From Candidatus Multivorans sp. (lineage in GTDB: Bacteria > Acidobacteriota > Thermoanaerobaculia > Multivoradales > Multivoraceae), in contig OZ245033.1 of assembly GCA_965224025.1 (NCBI GenBank), positions 2,624,001 through 2,688,000 on the forward strand: 64,000 nt of DNA, written 5' to 3'. Shown piece after piece: positions 9,621 to 19,419 of the stretch. The notes beneath the pieces are model-generated. The model saw only the letters and a list, made by a program, of their open reading frames with translations. It had not been told where the DNA came from and did no database searches. The translations under genes and the position numbers were made by a program. The number at the start of each line of letters is the position of its first letter. Within the stretch, counting starts at the first letter, position 1.

Positions 9621-10697
9621 TCAACACTCCAGACAGAAGCCGACGCCGGCCGTCACGGCCCGCGACTTGTTGCCGAACCACGGCGGAATGACGGCCGCGA
9701 AGCCGCCCGCGGGGCCGCCGGCGGCGACGATCAGGAGGTCGTCGGGCGACTGGAGCGCTCCGTACTCCTGGTCCTGGTTCGCGTCGGTGACCACGGCCGC
9801 CTTGCCGACCCGTTCCCAGTCGCCTCGCCGCACCCGCGCCGCGCGGTGCAGATAGCTCCGAATGTCCGCCCTGGTCCAGCCGGCGTCGGCCAGGAGTTCG
9901 CGCAACTGTGGCGGCGGGATGAGACAGTGGTTGCCGGCCCAGATCGAGTAGTGGAGGAGGTTGGCCCGCATCTCGGCCGCGATCGTGTCGAGGATCGATT
10001 CCGGCTCGGTCGTCCACTCGTTCATCACTTGCCGGGGAGCGCCGGCGGCGAAGACGGTGACGCTCGAGCTGCCCGCGGGCGCTCCGCGCTCGGCCGCCAG
10101 CGAGGGCCAGGGTGAGCCCTCCTCGTCTTCGGCCAGGCAGTAGCTGAACTTCCCCGGATGCCCCAGCGTGGAGCGGTCGAGCTCGCCGGGCCGCACGCCG
10201 ACCAGGTTGCGGAGGATCAGGCGAAGTGCCCGCCCGATCGCGAGCGACGCCCGGTCGGCGCCGCCCAGCACGTTGAACGCCCCGGTCATGCCGAGTTCCC
10301 GGCGGATCGGGCCGTTGACGATGACGAGCACGGCGCAGCCGCCCGTGCTCGAGGTGGCGCCGTGCAGCAGGAAGGCCGGGTCGCACATCGCCTCGACCGC
10401 CGCGGCGACAGCGGCGAAGTCGCGAGGCCGGCACCCCGCCATCACGGCGTTGGTCGCCGCCTTTTCGGCCGTGATCGCCCGACCGCGGACCGTCTCGACC
10501 CCCAGCACCTGCGAGGGCTCAATGACCGCCGCCTCGACGGCTGCCGCCACCCGTTCCGGTGTCGGGGGCACGATCGGCAGACCGTCGGTCCAGCCGCGAA
10601 GTTCGAACAGGGCGCGGGCCGCGTCGTCGCCGTCGACCGGGTGGACGGATGCCGGCCCTGGAAGTGTAGTTTCGGTCGAGAGGCTCTTTTCGGTCAT
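9621..10697 (-). CDS. Conserved hypothetical protein of the 'DGLPIVPPT' family, C-terminal CxxC
   Basis: GWTDGLPIVPPT, NAVMAGC, IVNGP, GRALRL and TLGHPGK; ends in CLEC. Confidence 0.8.
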   Translation of the reverse strand: MTEKSLSTETTLPGPASVHPVDGDDAARALFELRGWTDGLPIVPPTPERVAAAVEAAVIEPSQVLGVETVRGRAITAEKAATNAVMAGCRPRDFAAVAAAVEAMCDPAFLLHGATSSTGGCAVLVIVNGPIRRELGMTGAFNVLGGADRASLAIGRALRLILRNLVGVRPGELDRSTLGHPGKFSYCLAEDEEGSPWPSLAAERGAPAGSSSVTVFAAGAPRQVMNEWTTEPESILDTIAAEMRANLLHYSIWAGNHCLIPPPQLRELLADAGWTRADIRSYLHRAARVRRGDWERVGKAAVVTDANQDQEYGALQSPDDLLIVAAGGPAGGFAAVIPPWFGNKSRAVTAGVGFCLEC

Positions 10698-10777
10698 TGG
10701 AACGCGGCCTCGGCAGCCTACCGCGCAGCAGTCGAGGCGCTACGATCGGTGAGTTCCGAATCAGAAGGGGGAATGGA

Positions 10778-12019
10778 ATGGCGCGAAGAAGAGAGGTCCC
10801 GTTCTTGAGTGCACATGTGTCGATTGGCTGGCGGGCCGGCGGTGCGGCCGCCGCCCTGGCGCTGGCGTTCGCCGCCTGCGCCGGTCCTGCCGCGGAGAGC
10901 GATTCCGCCGCGGCCGCCGAACCGGTCAATCCGGACGCGGAGAACTTCGGCCCGGCGGGCGAGGTCCTGTTCTGGACCCCCGAACAGCAGGTCGCTGGCT
11001 ACCGGAACATCGACCAGATCAGCAACGTGCGGTGGTTCAAGGCCTCCGACGACCCCTATCCGTTGACCCCCGCGCCGCGGGATCTGTCGTCGGTCACCTA
11101 TGAAGTGGAAGGCGAGACGCTTACCGTCGAGGACTACATCGGAGACCGTCGGATTGCAGGCCTCCTGGTGGTCAGGGACGACGAGATCGTGTTCGAGCGG
11201 TACGGCCTCGGCAACGACGAGAACAGCCGCTGGATCTCGTTCTCCATCGCCAAGTCCGTCGTTTCGATGCTGTACGGCGCCGCGATCGCCGACGGCTACA
11301 TCGGCGGCGTCGACGATCCGGTCACCAAATACCTGCCCTTGCTGGCGGGCGGCGGCTACGACGGCGTGTCGATTCGCAACGTGCTGCGGATGGCCTCCGG
11401 CGTCAAGTGGAACGAGGACTACGCCGACGCGGAGTCCGATGTCGCGACGTTGCCGTCCCCCCTGGTGGAGCAGGCCCGGTACATGGCGGCACTGGAGCGG
11501 GAGCATGCCGCCGGTGAGGTGTTCCACTACAACACCGGCGAAACGAACATGGCCGGCGCCGTCCTGCGGGCGGCGATCGGCAACAACCTCTCGACCTACC
11601 TCGAGCACAAGCTCTGGGGACCGTTCGGCATGGAGGCGGACGCGAACTGGGTGCTCCACGAGCCCGGCGGCGGCGAGCTCGGCGGCTGCTGCATCAGCGC
11701 CACGCTGCGCGACTACGCCCGGATCGGCATCTTCGCGATGAACGGCGGCGTGCTGCGCGACGGCACGCGGGTGCTTCCCGAGGGCTGGATGGCGGACTCC
11801 ACGAGCCCCAGTCCCGGCTACGACGGCTACGGCTATCTGTGGTGGCTGCGCGGAGACGGCGCTTTCGCCGGCATCGGCATCTTCGGCCAGTACCTTTGGA
11901 TGGACCCGGGGTCCAACATCGTCATCGTCGCCCACGGCGCTTGGCCCGACGCGACCAACCGGGAGTACGGCCGCCACCGTTCGGCGGTCGTGTCGGCGCT
12001 CGCTGAAGCGGTGCGGTAG
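10778..12019 (+). CDS. Serine hydrolase, beta-lactamase class C/NylB-like lipoprotein
   Basis: SxxK in SFSIAKS, YxT in FHYNTGET, lipobox-like FAAC. Start uncertain. Confidence 0.88.
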   Translation: MARRREVPFLSAHVSIGWRAGGAAAALALAFAACAGPAAESDSAAAAEPVNPDAENFGPAGEVLFWTPEQQVAGYRNIDQISNVRWFKASDDPYPLTPAPRDLSSVTYEVEGETLTVEDYIGDRRIAGLLVVRDDEIVFERYGLGNDENSRWISFSIAKSVVSMLYGAAIADGYIGGVDDPVTKYLPLLAGGGYDGVSIRNVLRMASGVKWNEDYADAESDVATLPSPLVEQARYMAALEREHAAGEVFHYNTGETNMAGAVLRAAIGNNLSTYLEHKLWGPFGMEADANWVLHEPGGGELGGCCISATLRDYARIGIFAMNGGVLRDGTRVLPEGWMADSTSPSPGYDGYGYLWWLRGDGAFAGIGIFGQYLWMDPGSNIVIVAHGAWPDATNREYGRHRSAVVSALAEAVR

Positions 12020-12111
12020 CCACCAACGCCTGCAACGGGAGTGGGAATAGGCAAGGCGACAGTGATTGCTCTTTCCGCGTCAGGCGCGACCGGCGAGCTG
12101 TTGCCGCCAGA

Positions 12112-12579
12112 TCAGTGGACGGGAAAGAAGATGTCCGTGCGCCACCTCGACTGATCGGGCTCGGCGCCGGGGTCGGTGACGTAGACCTCCCATGGTGCTG
12201 CCGCGCCGTCGAGGCCCTTCGACTTCATCCACTCCGTCAGCGCCGCCCACGTATGCCCAAGGTCGGTGTACGGTCCCATGTGGGTGACGGTCGCCGCAGT
12301 TCCTGCGGAGAGCTCTCCTGCCTTGATGCGGCCCGCGCCCGGCATCGGCGCAGCGACCGGTATCGCGCATTCGAGGTCGACGGTGTCGCCGGGGCCGGGC
12401 ATGGAGTGGTAAATCGCGAGGGGCATTCCCGCCGCCGCCTTGCCGTTTTGCTGGATGTACCCATGCACCTCGCCGAACAGAGGCCCCATGGCCTGCCCGA
12501 TCTCGGCAACCGCAACTGTCGTTCGGATGCCCAGGATGGGCTGCGCTTCAAGCTGCGTCGTCCCGAATTCCGGCTTCAT
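12112..12579 (-). CDS. GyrI-like small-molecule-binding domain protein
   Basis: HMGPYTDLG and WEVYVTDPG...WRTDI. Confidence 0.88.
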   Translation of the reverse strand: MKPEFGTTQLEAQPILGIRTTVAVAEIGQAMGPLFGEVHGYIQQNGKAAAGMPLAIYHSMPGPGDTVDLECAIPVAAPMPGAGRIKAGELSAGTAATVTHMGPYTDLGHTWAALTEWMKSKGLDGAAAPWEVYVTDPGAEPDQSRWRTDIFFPVH

Positions 12580-13025
12580 CGGCCTTGTCTCCCCGTGTCT
12601 CTCCGTCTCGCCGCCACCGGCCGATCACCGCGCGCCGCAACGCTCAAACCCTCCGGGAGCCAGCCAAGCATCGATGTGGTGGAGCTGCGAGCGTGGCCCG
12701 AGTGGACTGACGACGAGGACGCTACCACAACAGACGGAAGTGGGGCTCTCCGGGACCGTGCCGCGGCAACAGCCGCTCGACCGACCGTGCCGCGATGTCG
12801 GGCGCGATGCCTCGCGGCTCGAATGCAGCGCGACTCTCATCATGGACTGCCTAGCGGGAGCGTCGTCGCCGGACATGTAGCCGGCCAGAGCCGGGACGAG
12901 GACCTCGAGCGACACGGATCAACTCGGTGGTCCCGAAGGGCTCGAACAACTTCGAGACGAACTCATCGACGGGGCCCAGCGGTTCGCCGCTCTGAACCGG
13001 GAGCCGTCACTTCGGCCTCGAGCGC

Positions 13026-14195
13026 CTACCCGTTTGGGGTCGACTCTACAGGCGCGTCAATCGCCGAGCCGGAACCGGCCGCGCGGAACAGACCGTTCCG
13101 CACATCGGCCTCCAACTGGCGCAGCGCTTCGGCGCGGTCGACGAGGTGGGGAATCCGGTCGACCAACTGCTTTCGGCCGGACTCGGCTCTCCGTGCGACC
13201 TCCTCCTCGACGCTCCCCATGTCTTTCTCGACGAGTTCTTCCACTCTTTCCGGGACGCCGCCTTCGAACTTGGCCCGGTATTCGCCCTGAAGCGCCGCTT
13301 GGAAGGCGGTGTCGAAGTGGCGGCGACGTTCCCGGTGCTCGGCAATGTCGAGGGCGATGTCCCCGCCAGCGGCCAACGTCTCGCCGGCAGTTTTCGCCAG
13401 GAAGTCAGCGGGCATGGCGGCGTTCAGTTCGGCTGTGAGAGTGGATGTCAGCAAGTAGAGGTCCAGGTCGATTGCGCCGACGCGTCGCGACCGCGCCGCC
13501 CGGGTGGCGACCGCGTGTCTGGCAAGAGCGGCCTCGAGCGTGGCCATGTTCCTGCGCCGTTCCCGCTTCTTGGGCGGGAGGCTCTGGAAGACGGTCAGGG
13601 CGGAGTCAAGAGTCTTGTCGGCTCTTTCCAGGGCCGGTTCGTAGTCGGCTTGGGCCCGGATGACGGCCGCCTCGTAGTCCCCGATCTTCGTCCGGGTCTC
13701 GCCGAGGACTTGGGACTGGTAACGGTCCTTCAAGCGGGCGCGAGCGAGTTCGATCGCCCTTGGACCCTCCGCCTCGATGGCGGCCCGCCCGGCTTCGAGC
13801 GCTGCCGGGCGGAGGTCGCCGTACCGGCCCAGCGCGGAGCGGAGCGCCTCCTGGGCGCCGGCGGCGGTGATCATCTCCAGGGCTTCGGTCTCGATTTCGC
13901 CGATGACGGCCGTCGCCGTCTTCCTCAGCGCCGCCTCCACCGCCTCGAACTCAGTTGGGTCGAGCACCGTCGAGACCATAGCCGCATCGAGTTTGGCGGC
14001 TTCGCGCGCTTCAAGCGCCACGGCGCGCTCGCTCGAGGCGGCCTGGGTGGACCGGGCCGCGGATTCGCGTCGCGCGCTTGCCTGCGCTGCCCGGCCAGCG
14101 GCAGCGTTGAGCGTTTCCCGTGCCGCCTCAACCTGGGCTCGCGCCTCGGCGAACTCGGCCTCCCAGGCCTGATCCGCAGCGAGGTAGGAAGACAT
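13026..14195 (-). CDS. Ala-rich coiled-coil hypothetical protein (possibly the C-terminal part of a frameshifted gene)
   Basis: Open frame with helical Ala/Glu/Arg composition; ATG at 14195 preceded by GGGAG. Confidence 0.55.
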   Translation of the reverse strand: MSSYLAADQAWEAEFAEARAQVEAARETLNAAAGRAAQASARRESAARSTQAASSERAVALEAREAAKLDAAMVSTVLDPTEFEAVEAALRKTATAVIGEIETEALEMITAAGAQEALRSALGRYGDLRPAALEAGRAAIEAEGPRAIELARARLKDRYQSQVLGETRTKIGDYEAAVIRAQADYEPALERADKTLDSALTVFQSLPPKKRERRRNMATLEAALARHAVATRAARSRRVGAIDLDLYLLTSTLTAELNAAMPADFLAKTAGETLAAGGDIALDIAEHRERRRHFDTAFQAALQGEYRAKFEGGVPERVEELVEKDMGSVEEEVARRAESGRKQLVDRIPHLVDRAEALRQLEADVRNGLFRAAGSGSAIDAPVESTPNG

Positions 14196-14913
14196 GCCCC
14201 GCTCCCGTGCTTCTCCATCCTGCTGTTGCGCCGCCAGCCTGCGCGACAACGGCGGTGAGACCGCCCAACACGCTGGAGGCCAGGCTTGGCGCGTAGGAAT
14301 CGGTATCCGGCCGGTTGCGAGATACCCGGTCACGCCTGGCGACGGCGGCCTCCAGGGCTCTCTGCGCTTCGTCCCGGGCGGCGACCGCCATGCCGTAGTC
14401 GGACTCGCTGGCCCGCGCTTCCCGAGCTGAGCCGCTGGCAACGCTCTGCCGCGAATCCAGCGCTTCGGCCGCCACGGCCATGACAGCGTCATAGACTTCC
14501 AACTCGGTACGGACGGAGGCGACGGCATCGTCCACCGCGGCGAGAATTGCCTCGGCCGCCGGCGAGTAGTCCCGAGCAGCGGCTGCGAGGGCGCGGGCGT
14601 AGGTCGCGTCGGCGTTTACCAAGGCCGCGTCGCGCGTCGTGCCCGCGGCCACCAGCGGGCCGCTCGTCTCGAGGCGACGGCGGGCGTCTTCGGTGAGGGA
14701 CGCGCTCGCCGAGCGGACGGCTCCGGCTACGCGTTCGTAGTCCGCTGCGGCATCTTGCGCCCCAGCTTCGCGGGCAGCCCGTGCGGCAGCCATTGCCGCG
14801 GCGTAGACCGCTCGGGGAGAGCGTTCCTCGGCGGGCTCCTCGCTCTCGGGAGGCTGCTGCCCGTGCAGGAGCACAGCTTGAGCGAGGAGAGCAATTGCGA
14901 TGATCCGGACCAT
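14128..14913 (-). CDS. Secreted Ala-rich coiled-coil hypothetical protein (possibly the N-terminal part of a frameshifted gene)
   Basis: GGAGG RBS and signal peptide MVRIIAIALLAQAVLLHG. The sequence stops looking protein-like after ~14240. Confidence 0.6.
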   Translation of the reverse strand: MVRIIAIALLAQAVLLHGQQPPESEEPAEERSPRAVYAAAMAAARAAREAGAQDAAADYERVAGAVRSASASLTEDARRRLETSGPLVAAGTTRDAALVNADATYARALAAAARDYSPAAEAILAAVDDAVASVRTELEVYDAVMAVAAEALDSRQSVASGSAREARASESDYGMAVAARDEAQRALEAAVARRDRVSRNRPDTDSYAPSLASSVLGGLTAVVAQAGGATAGWRSTGAGHVFLPRCGSGLGGRVRRGASPG

Positions 14914-14996
14914 GACGACCTCCGCGGGTTCGACGCCTTGTCTTTCGTGTTGGTCCGCTATTGTAACGTGGACTCACAGGGGACTGGAGGTCCGCC

Positions 14997-16028
14997 ATGG
15001 GGAAGACTGCTCGGTTGCTCGTGTCGGCCGCGGCCGCGGTGCTGCTCTGCTTGGCGCCGGCGGCCGGCCGCCAGGAGGAGGGCGTACTGTCGAACGGGGA
15101 CATCCTGTCCTTCGTGGAGGCGGAGTTGCCGGCGGAGAAGATCCTGGCCACGATCGAGTCGCGGAGTACGGACTTCGACACCTCGCTGCCGGCGTTGGCG
15201 CGTCTCTCGCGAGCCGGTGTGGATGCGGAGGTTCTGGAGGGGATGACACGAGCGAATGCACTGGCCGGGCGGGGAGTGAAGTGGGAGATGAAGTTCCGGG
15301 ACACGCTGCGTTCGGGCGGTACGGGTCCGGAGATGGTGGTGATTCCGGCGGGCAGTTTTCGGATGGGCTGCGTGTCGGGCGTGGACTGCCAAGAGGATGA
15401 ACAGCCTGTGCACCAGGTGACGATTCCGGAGTGGTTGGCGGTGGGTAAGTACGAGGTGACGTTCGCGGAGTGGGACGCCTGCGTGTCGGCGGGCGGTTGC
15501 GGTCATCGTCCGGGTGATGAAGGCTGGGGTCGCGGCCGGCATCCGGTGATGAAAGTATCGTGGGACGACGTTCAGGAGTACGTTCGTTGGTTGTCGCAGC
15601 AGACGGGGGCTTCGTACCGTCTGTTGAGCGAGTCGGAGTGGGAGTACGCGGCTCGTGCGGGGTCGAGGACTGCCTACAGTTGGGGCAACGAGATCGGTTC
15701 GGGCCGTGCGAACTGCGACGGTTGCGGGAGTCAGTGGGACGACTCTGGGACGGCGCCGGTGGGTTCGTTTTCGCCGAACGCGTTCGGTCTGTACGACATG
15801 CACGGGAACGTGTGGGAATGGGTGCAGGATTGCTGGAACGGGAGCTACAACGGCGCGCCATCGGACGGCAGTGCGTGGCAGGTGGGCGATTGCTCCGGTC
15901 GCGTTTTGCGCGGCGGTTCCTGGATCAATATTCCGAGGTCCCTCCGCTCCGCGTTCCGCAGCTGGGACACCACCGGCAACCGCAACAACAACTTCGGTTT
16001 TCGTGTAGCCCGGACGCTCACTCCATGA
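14997..16028 (+). CDS. Secreted FGE-sulfatase (SUMF1, C-type-lectin fold) domain protein; candidate DGR target
   Basis: PEMVVIPAGSFRMG, RLLSESEWEYAARAG, NAFGLYDMHGNVWEW and RVLRGGSW...GFRVART. GGAGG RBS and signal peptide. Confidence 0.92.
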   Translation: MGKTARLLVSAAAAVLLCLAPAAGRQEEGVLSNGDILSFVEAELPAEKILATIESRSTDFDTSLPALARLSRAGVDAEVLEGMTRANALAGRGVKWEMKFRDTLRSGGTGPEMVVIPAGSFRMGCVSGVDCQEDEQPVHQVTIPEWLAVGKYEVTFAEWDACVSAGGCGHRPGDEGWGRGRHPVMKVSWDDVQEYVRWLSQQTGASYRLLSESEWEYAARAGSRTAYSWGNEIGSGRANCDGCGSQWDDSGTAPVGSFSPNAFGLYDMHGNVWEWVQDCWNGSYNGAPSDGSAWQVGDCSGRVLRGGSWINIPRSLRSAFRSWDTTGNRNNNFGFRVARTLTP

Positions 16029-16058
16029 ATCGTTATTTCTTTACATCCTTGGGGGGTT

Positions 16059-16082
16059 CCAAGGGGGGCTTGCCCCCCTTGG
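16059..16082. other. Perfect 10-bp hairpin with 4-nt loop downstream of the FGE gene (DGR-type target hairpin or terminator)
   Basis: CCAAGGGGGG-CTTG-CCCCCCTTGG, 30 bp after the stop; no U-tract follows. Confidence 0.6.
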
Positions 16083-16293
16083 TCGAGTTGAGATCCGGTG
16101 GGTAGGGAGCTTGCGCCGAGTCAGGCGGTAGTTGCCGCCACGGCCTTCGGGCAGGTCGGGATGCTCTCGCATCTGCTCGAAGCGAGGTTGCCGCAGGTCC
16201 AGTAGAGAGTAGCGGCCCGGCACGCCGTGACTCTGGGTGGGCGGGTCCGTAGCCGGGGGCTTCTGACCACCGTCGACACGCGCCGGAAGCGGC

Positions 16294-17670
16294 CTAAGGA
16301 ACGAACTGGCCGCCGGCCGGCTTCGTCTTCGGTCGGGAGCGTCGTCGCCGCAGCCACTGGCCGGTAGGCCCTGCGGCCGCAGCCAGCACGAGAACCCAGG
16401 GCAGAACGGCCTCGGGGACCGCATCCAACAGTGGCGCCAAGGGCCGGTACTGCATCAATTCGGAACCCCGCTCGCCGGTCCAGTGCCAGGCAGTGTGGAC
16501 GATCAGGGCAGAGATGAGGATGATCCCCAGCCGCTCGTTGGGAAGGCGACGGAAGACGAGGTCGAGCAGCGGAACGAGCAGCAGCAGGACCAGGATCTGA
16601 CCGAGTTCGACGCCGACGTTGAAGGCTAGCAGCGAGGTCACGAGATGCGAACCGGCGAACTGGAGCGATTCGCTGAGGGCGAAGGAGAAGCCGAAGCCGT
16701 GGACGAGTCCGAAGCCGAAGGCGGCGGCCCAGCGACGGTCGCTCCCCACGCCCAGGATGTTCTCGAAGGCCATGTAGACGATCGAGAGGGCGATCAGCAC
16801 TTCCACCAGGGTGGGAAACCAGAGGGCTCTGGGCGCCAGACCCGCGGCGGAGGCGATCAGGGTGATCGAGTGGGCGACCGTGAACGAGGTGACGACGAGG
16901 ACGAGTTGCCGCAGGCGGCGGAGCGGGGCCACCAGGCAGACCAGGAACAGCAGGTGATCGAGCCCGCCGAGGATGTGCTCGAAGCCCATGGCCACGAAGT
17001 GGAGGCCGGCCTGGCCCCAGTGCGGGTCGAGCCGGACGCGACCAAGCTCGGCGGCGAGTTGGAGGACTCTCGAATCGCCGTCGGGCGACTCGTAGCGAAT
17101 CACGGTCAGGACGCGCAGGCCGAGCCGACCGAAGCGCGGGTCGATCGAGAATCGGGTCCTCCTGGCGTCGGACGAGCCCGCGGCGGACGTCTCCAAGTGG
17201 ACATCGAGCAGTGCCTGGCGCCAGGCGAGCTGCGATGTCGCCGGCAGCGGCAATCCGTGGATGTGTTTCAGGGCGCGGTCGAAACCGCTGAAGGATCGGT
17301 CGGACGGGATCGATATGCGGGCGGCCTGAACGGTCGTCGTCGGCAGCTTGTCGCGACCAGCGTAGAGGTCGAGGTTGGGCGTGATCCAGCGGTTGGCGGC
17401 TTCCACGAGCAGGCCGCCGGCGCGTAGCGCCTCGAGGTCCAGAATGCCCCGGTAGTCGACCGGGAATTGCATCTCCTGCATCGCTTCGAGCGGCGTTCGC
17501 ACAAGCACCTGGAGCCGATCGTCCTGCTGCCGGACCAGCACCTGGACCGTCACGCTGCCGGGCACCTCGTGGGCGGCCGCGGGCTCGCCGGCGAGGAAGA
17601 GCGACGCTGCGGCGAGAAGGGCGCCTAGAAGCGCAGGTGGGAAGCGAGCGTTGGAGCGGAGGTGGCTCAG
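16294..17670 (-). CDS. HupE/UreJ family membrane protein
   Basis: GFEHILGGLDHLLF, FTVAHSITL, FGLVHGFGFS and FNVGVELGQ. The frame extends upstream of the GTG at 17565 through a signal peptide (...AGEPAAAHEV), so a CTG start at 17670 is proposed. Confidence 0.85.
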   Translation of the reverse strand: MSHLRSNARFPPALLGALLAAASLFLAGEPAAAHEVPGSVTVQVLVRQQDDRLQVLVRTPLEAMQEMQFPVDYRGILDLEALRAGGLLVEAANRWITPNLDLYAGRDKLPTTTVQAARISIPSDRSFSGFDRALKHIHGLPLPATSQLAWRQALLDVHLETSAAGSSDARRTRFSIDPRFGRLGLRVLTVIRYESPDGDSRVLQLAAELGRVRLDPHWGQAGLHFVAMGFEHILGGLDHLLFLVCLVAPLRRLRQLVLVVTSFTVAHSITLIASAAGLAPRALWFPTLVEVLIALSIVYMAFENILGVGSDRRWAAAFGFGLVHGFGFSFALSESLQFAGSHLVTSLLAFNVGVELGQILVLLLLVPLLDLVFRRLPNERLGIILISALIVHTAWHWTGERGSELMQYRPLAPLLDAVPEAVLPWVLVLAAAAGPTGQWLRRRRSRPKTKPAGGQFVP

Positions 17671-17696
17671 TCGGTCGGCACGTCTTTCAGCTTTCT

Positions 17697-17975
17697 TCAG
17701 CCGAGCAGCCGGAGCAGAGCGAACACCGCTGCCAGTTGGCCGGCCAGGAGGGCTGCGGCAACGCCGTAGAGCGTCCGGGTCATCCGCGTTTCCAGGGCTG
17801 CCAGGTCAGCGCGGAGCGCCGCCATCGCAGCGTCCAGGTCGGCCCGTGTCACCGTATCGGCGCTGCTGACCGCGCCGCCGATCGCTTCCGTCACCGCCTC
17901 CGCATGAGCCGGGTCCATTCCGGCTTGTTCCAGGGCACGGGCAGTGGCCAGCGAGTCGAAGATCGTCCTGCTCAT
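17697..17975 (-). CDS. DUF1640/CCDC90-like small coiled-coil membrane-anchored protein
   Basis: FDSLATARALEQAGM...AEAV, VTRADL and a C-terminal TM helix. Confidence 0.75.
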   Translation of the reverse strand: MSRTIFDSLATARALEQAGMDPAHAEAVTEAIGGAVSSADTVTRADLDAAMAALRADLAALETRMTRTLYGVAAALLAGQLAAVFALLRLLG

Positions 17976-18159
17976 TGTTTGAAGCTTAGCGCAGGTCGGC
18001 ACGCCTCGGGGCGGCCCACGGCGCTTCCTGGCTGCTCGACGGGCCCGCAGACTTGGGGGCAGGCGGCTCCGTTGTACACTCGCGGCACCGTCCCGGAAGC
18101 AGCAGGGGAGAGTAGCAAACGCGCAGGATGAGGGACTCGAACCCCTCGGAGGGCCGACG

Positions 18160-19401
18160 ATGACATCGAACCGTTCACACTGTGCTCTTGGCTGCGTTGC
18201 GGCCCTTGGACTGGTCCTCGCCGCTTGTGGCGACGTTGGCCGTTACGGCGGAGACGATGCCGCCGGCGACGGGCCGATGGCGCCGCGTTTCGAAGTCGAC
18301 CCGTTCTGGCCCAAGCCGCTGCCGAACCACTGGATTCTGGGTCCGGCGATCGGCGTCGCGGTCGATTCCCGCGATCACGTCTGGATCGTCCATCGGAACA
18401 CCCCGAACGCCTTCGGCGCGATCAACGAGATCGGCGCGGCCCAGGATCCGCCCCTCTCCGAGTGCTGCATCCCGGCGCCGCCGGTGCTCGAGTTCGACCC
18501 CGACGGCAACCTGATCGGGCACTGGGGCGGACCCAGCGAAACCGGTGAGTACGAGTGGCCGGCCTCAAACCACGGCATCCTCGTCGACCACATGGACAAC
18601 GTGTGGATCGGCGGCAACGGGGGCGGCGACTCCCACGCGCTGAAGTTCACCCGCGACGGCCAGTTCCTGATGCAGGTCGGGAAGGCGAACGCCCGCGTCA
18701 ACGAGGGCGCCGGCGAAGATGCGCCGGCCTTCGTGCGCGACAGCCACGACATGGAGAACTTCGGCCGCGTGGCGAAGCTCTCGGTCGATCCCGAGGCGAA
18801 CGAGATCTACGTCGCCGACGGCTACTTCAACCGCCGCGTCGTCGTGATCGACGCCGACACGGGCGAGTTCAAGCGCTACTGGGGCGCCTACGGCGAGGCC
18901 CCCGACGACGAGCTGGACCTCGGCCGGTACGCGCCGGGCGATCCGCCCGCGACCCAGTTTCGAGGCCCGGTCCACTGCGCCGACATCTCCGCCGACGGGC
19001 TTCTCTACGTCTGCGACCGCGCCGCCGACCGCATTCAGGTCTTCCAGGCCGACGGCGCCTACGTCGACGAGGTGTTCATCGCTCCCGAGACCCTTTCCCA
19101 GGGGTCGACCTGGGACGTTGCCTTCTCGCCCGACGAGGAACAGAAGTTCCTCTACCTCGCGGATGGCCAGAACATGAAGGTCTACGTGATCGAGCGCGAG
19201 AGCATGGAGGTCCTCTACGCCTTCGGCGACGGCGGCCGCCAGCCCGGCCAGTTCTTTGCCGTCCACAGCATCGCCACGGACTCGAAGGGCAACATCTACA
19301 CGACCGAGACCTACGAGGGGAAGCGGCTCCAGAAGTTTGTCAACCTGGGGATGCGGCCGGCGCCGGAGGAGGATCTGGGGACTCCCTGGCCGGCTGAGTA
19401 G
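18160..19401 (+). CDS. NHL-repeat beta-propeller lipoprotein (PAL-like)
   Basis: Lipobox LAAC, VDPFWPKPLP, and NHL repeats (GVAVDSRDHVWI, YVADGYFNRRV, YVCDRAADRIQVF, HSIATDSKGNIY). Confidence 0.9.
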   Translation: MTSNRSHCALGCVAALGLVLAACGDVGRYGGDDAAGDGPMAPRFEVDPFWPKPLPNHWILGPAIGVAVDSRDHVWIVHRNTPNAFGAINEIGAAQDPPLSECCIPAPPVLEFDPDGNLIGHWGGPSETGEYEWPASNHGILVDHMDNVWIGGNGGGDSHALKFTRDGQFLMQVGKANARVNEGAGEDAPAFVRDSHDMENFGRVAKLSVDPEANEIYVADGYFNRRVVVIDADTGEFKRYWGAYGEAPDDELDLGRYAPGDPPATQFRGPVHCADISADGLLYVCDRAADRIQVFQADGAYVDEVFIAPETLSQGSTWDVAFSPDEEQKFLYLADGQNMKVYVIERESMEVLYAFGDGGRQPGQFFAVHSIATDSKGNIYTTETYEGKRLQKFVNLGMRPAPEEDLGTPWPAE

Positions 19402-19419
19402 GAAGCGGACTTGGGCCGC

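Noticed and set aside
9560-9640. Selenocysteine read-through at the CLEC-TGA end
   Set aside because: The downstream frame runs into a convergent gene with no recognisable motif or SECIS-like support.
14997-16300. Complete DGR cassette in the window
   Set aside because: No reverse transcriptase, avd or template repeat was found; only a target-like gene is supportable.
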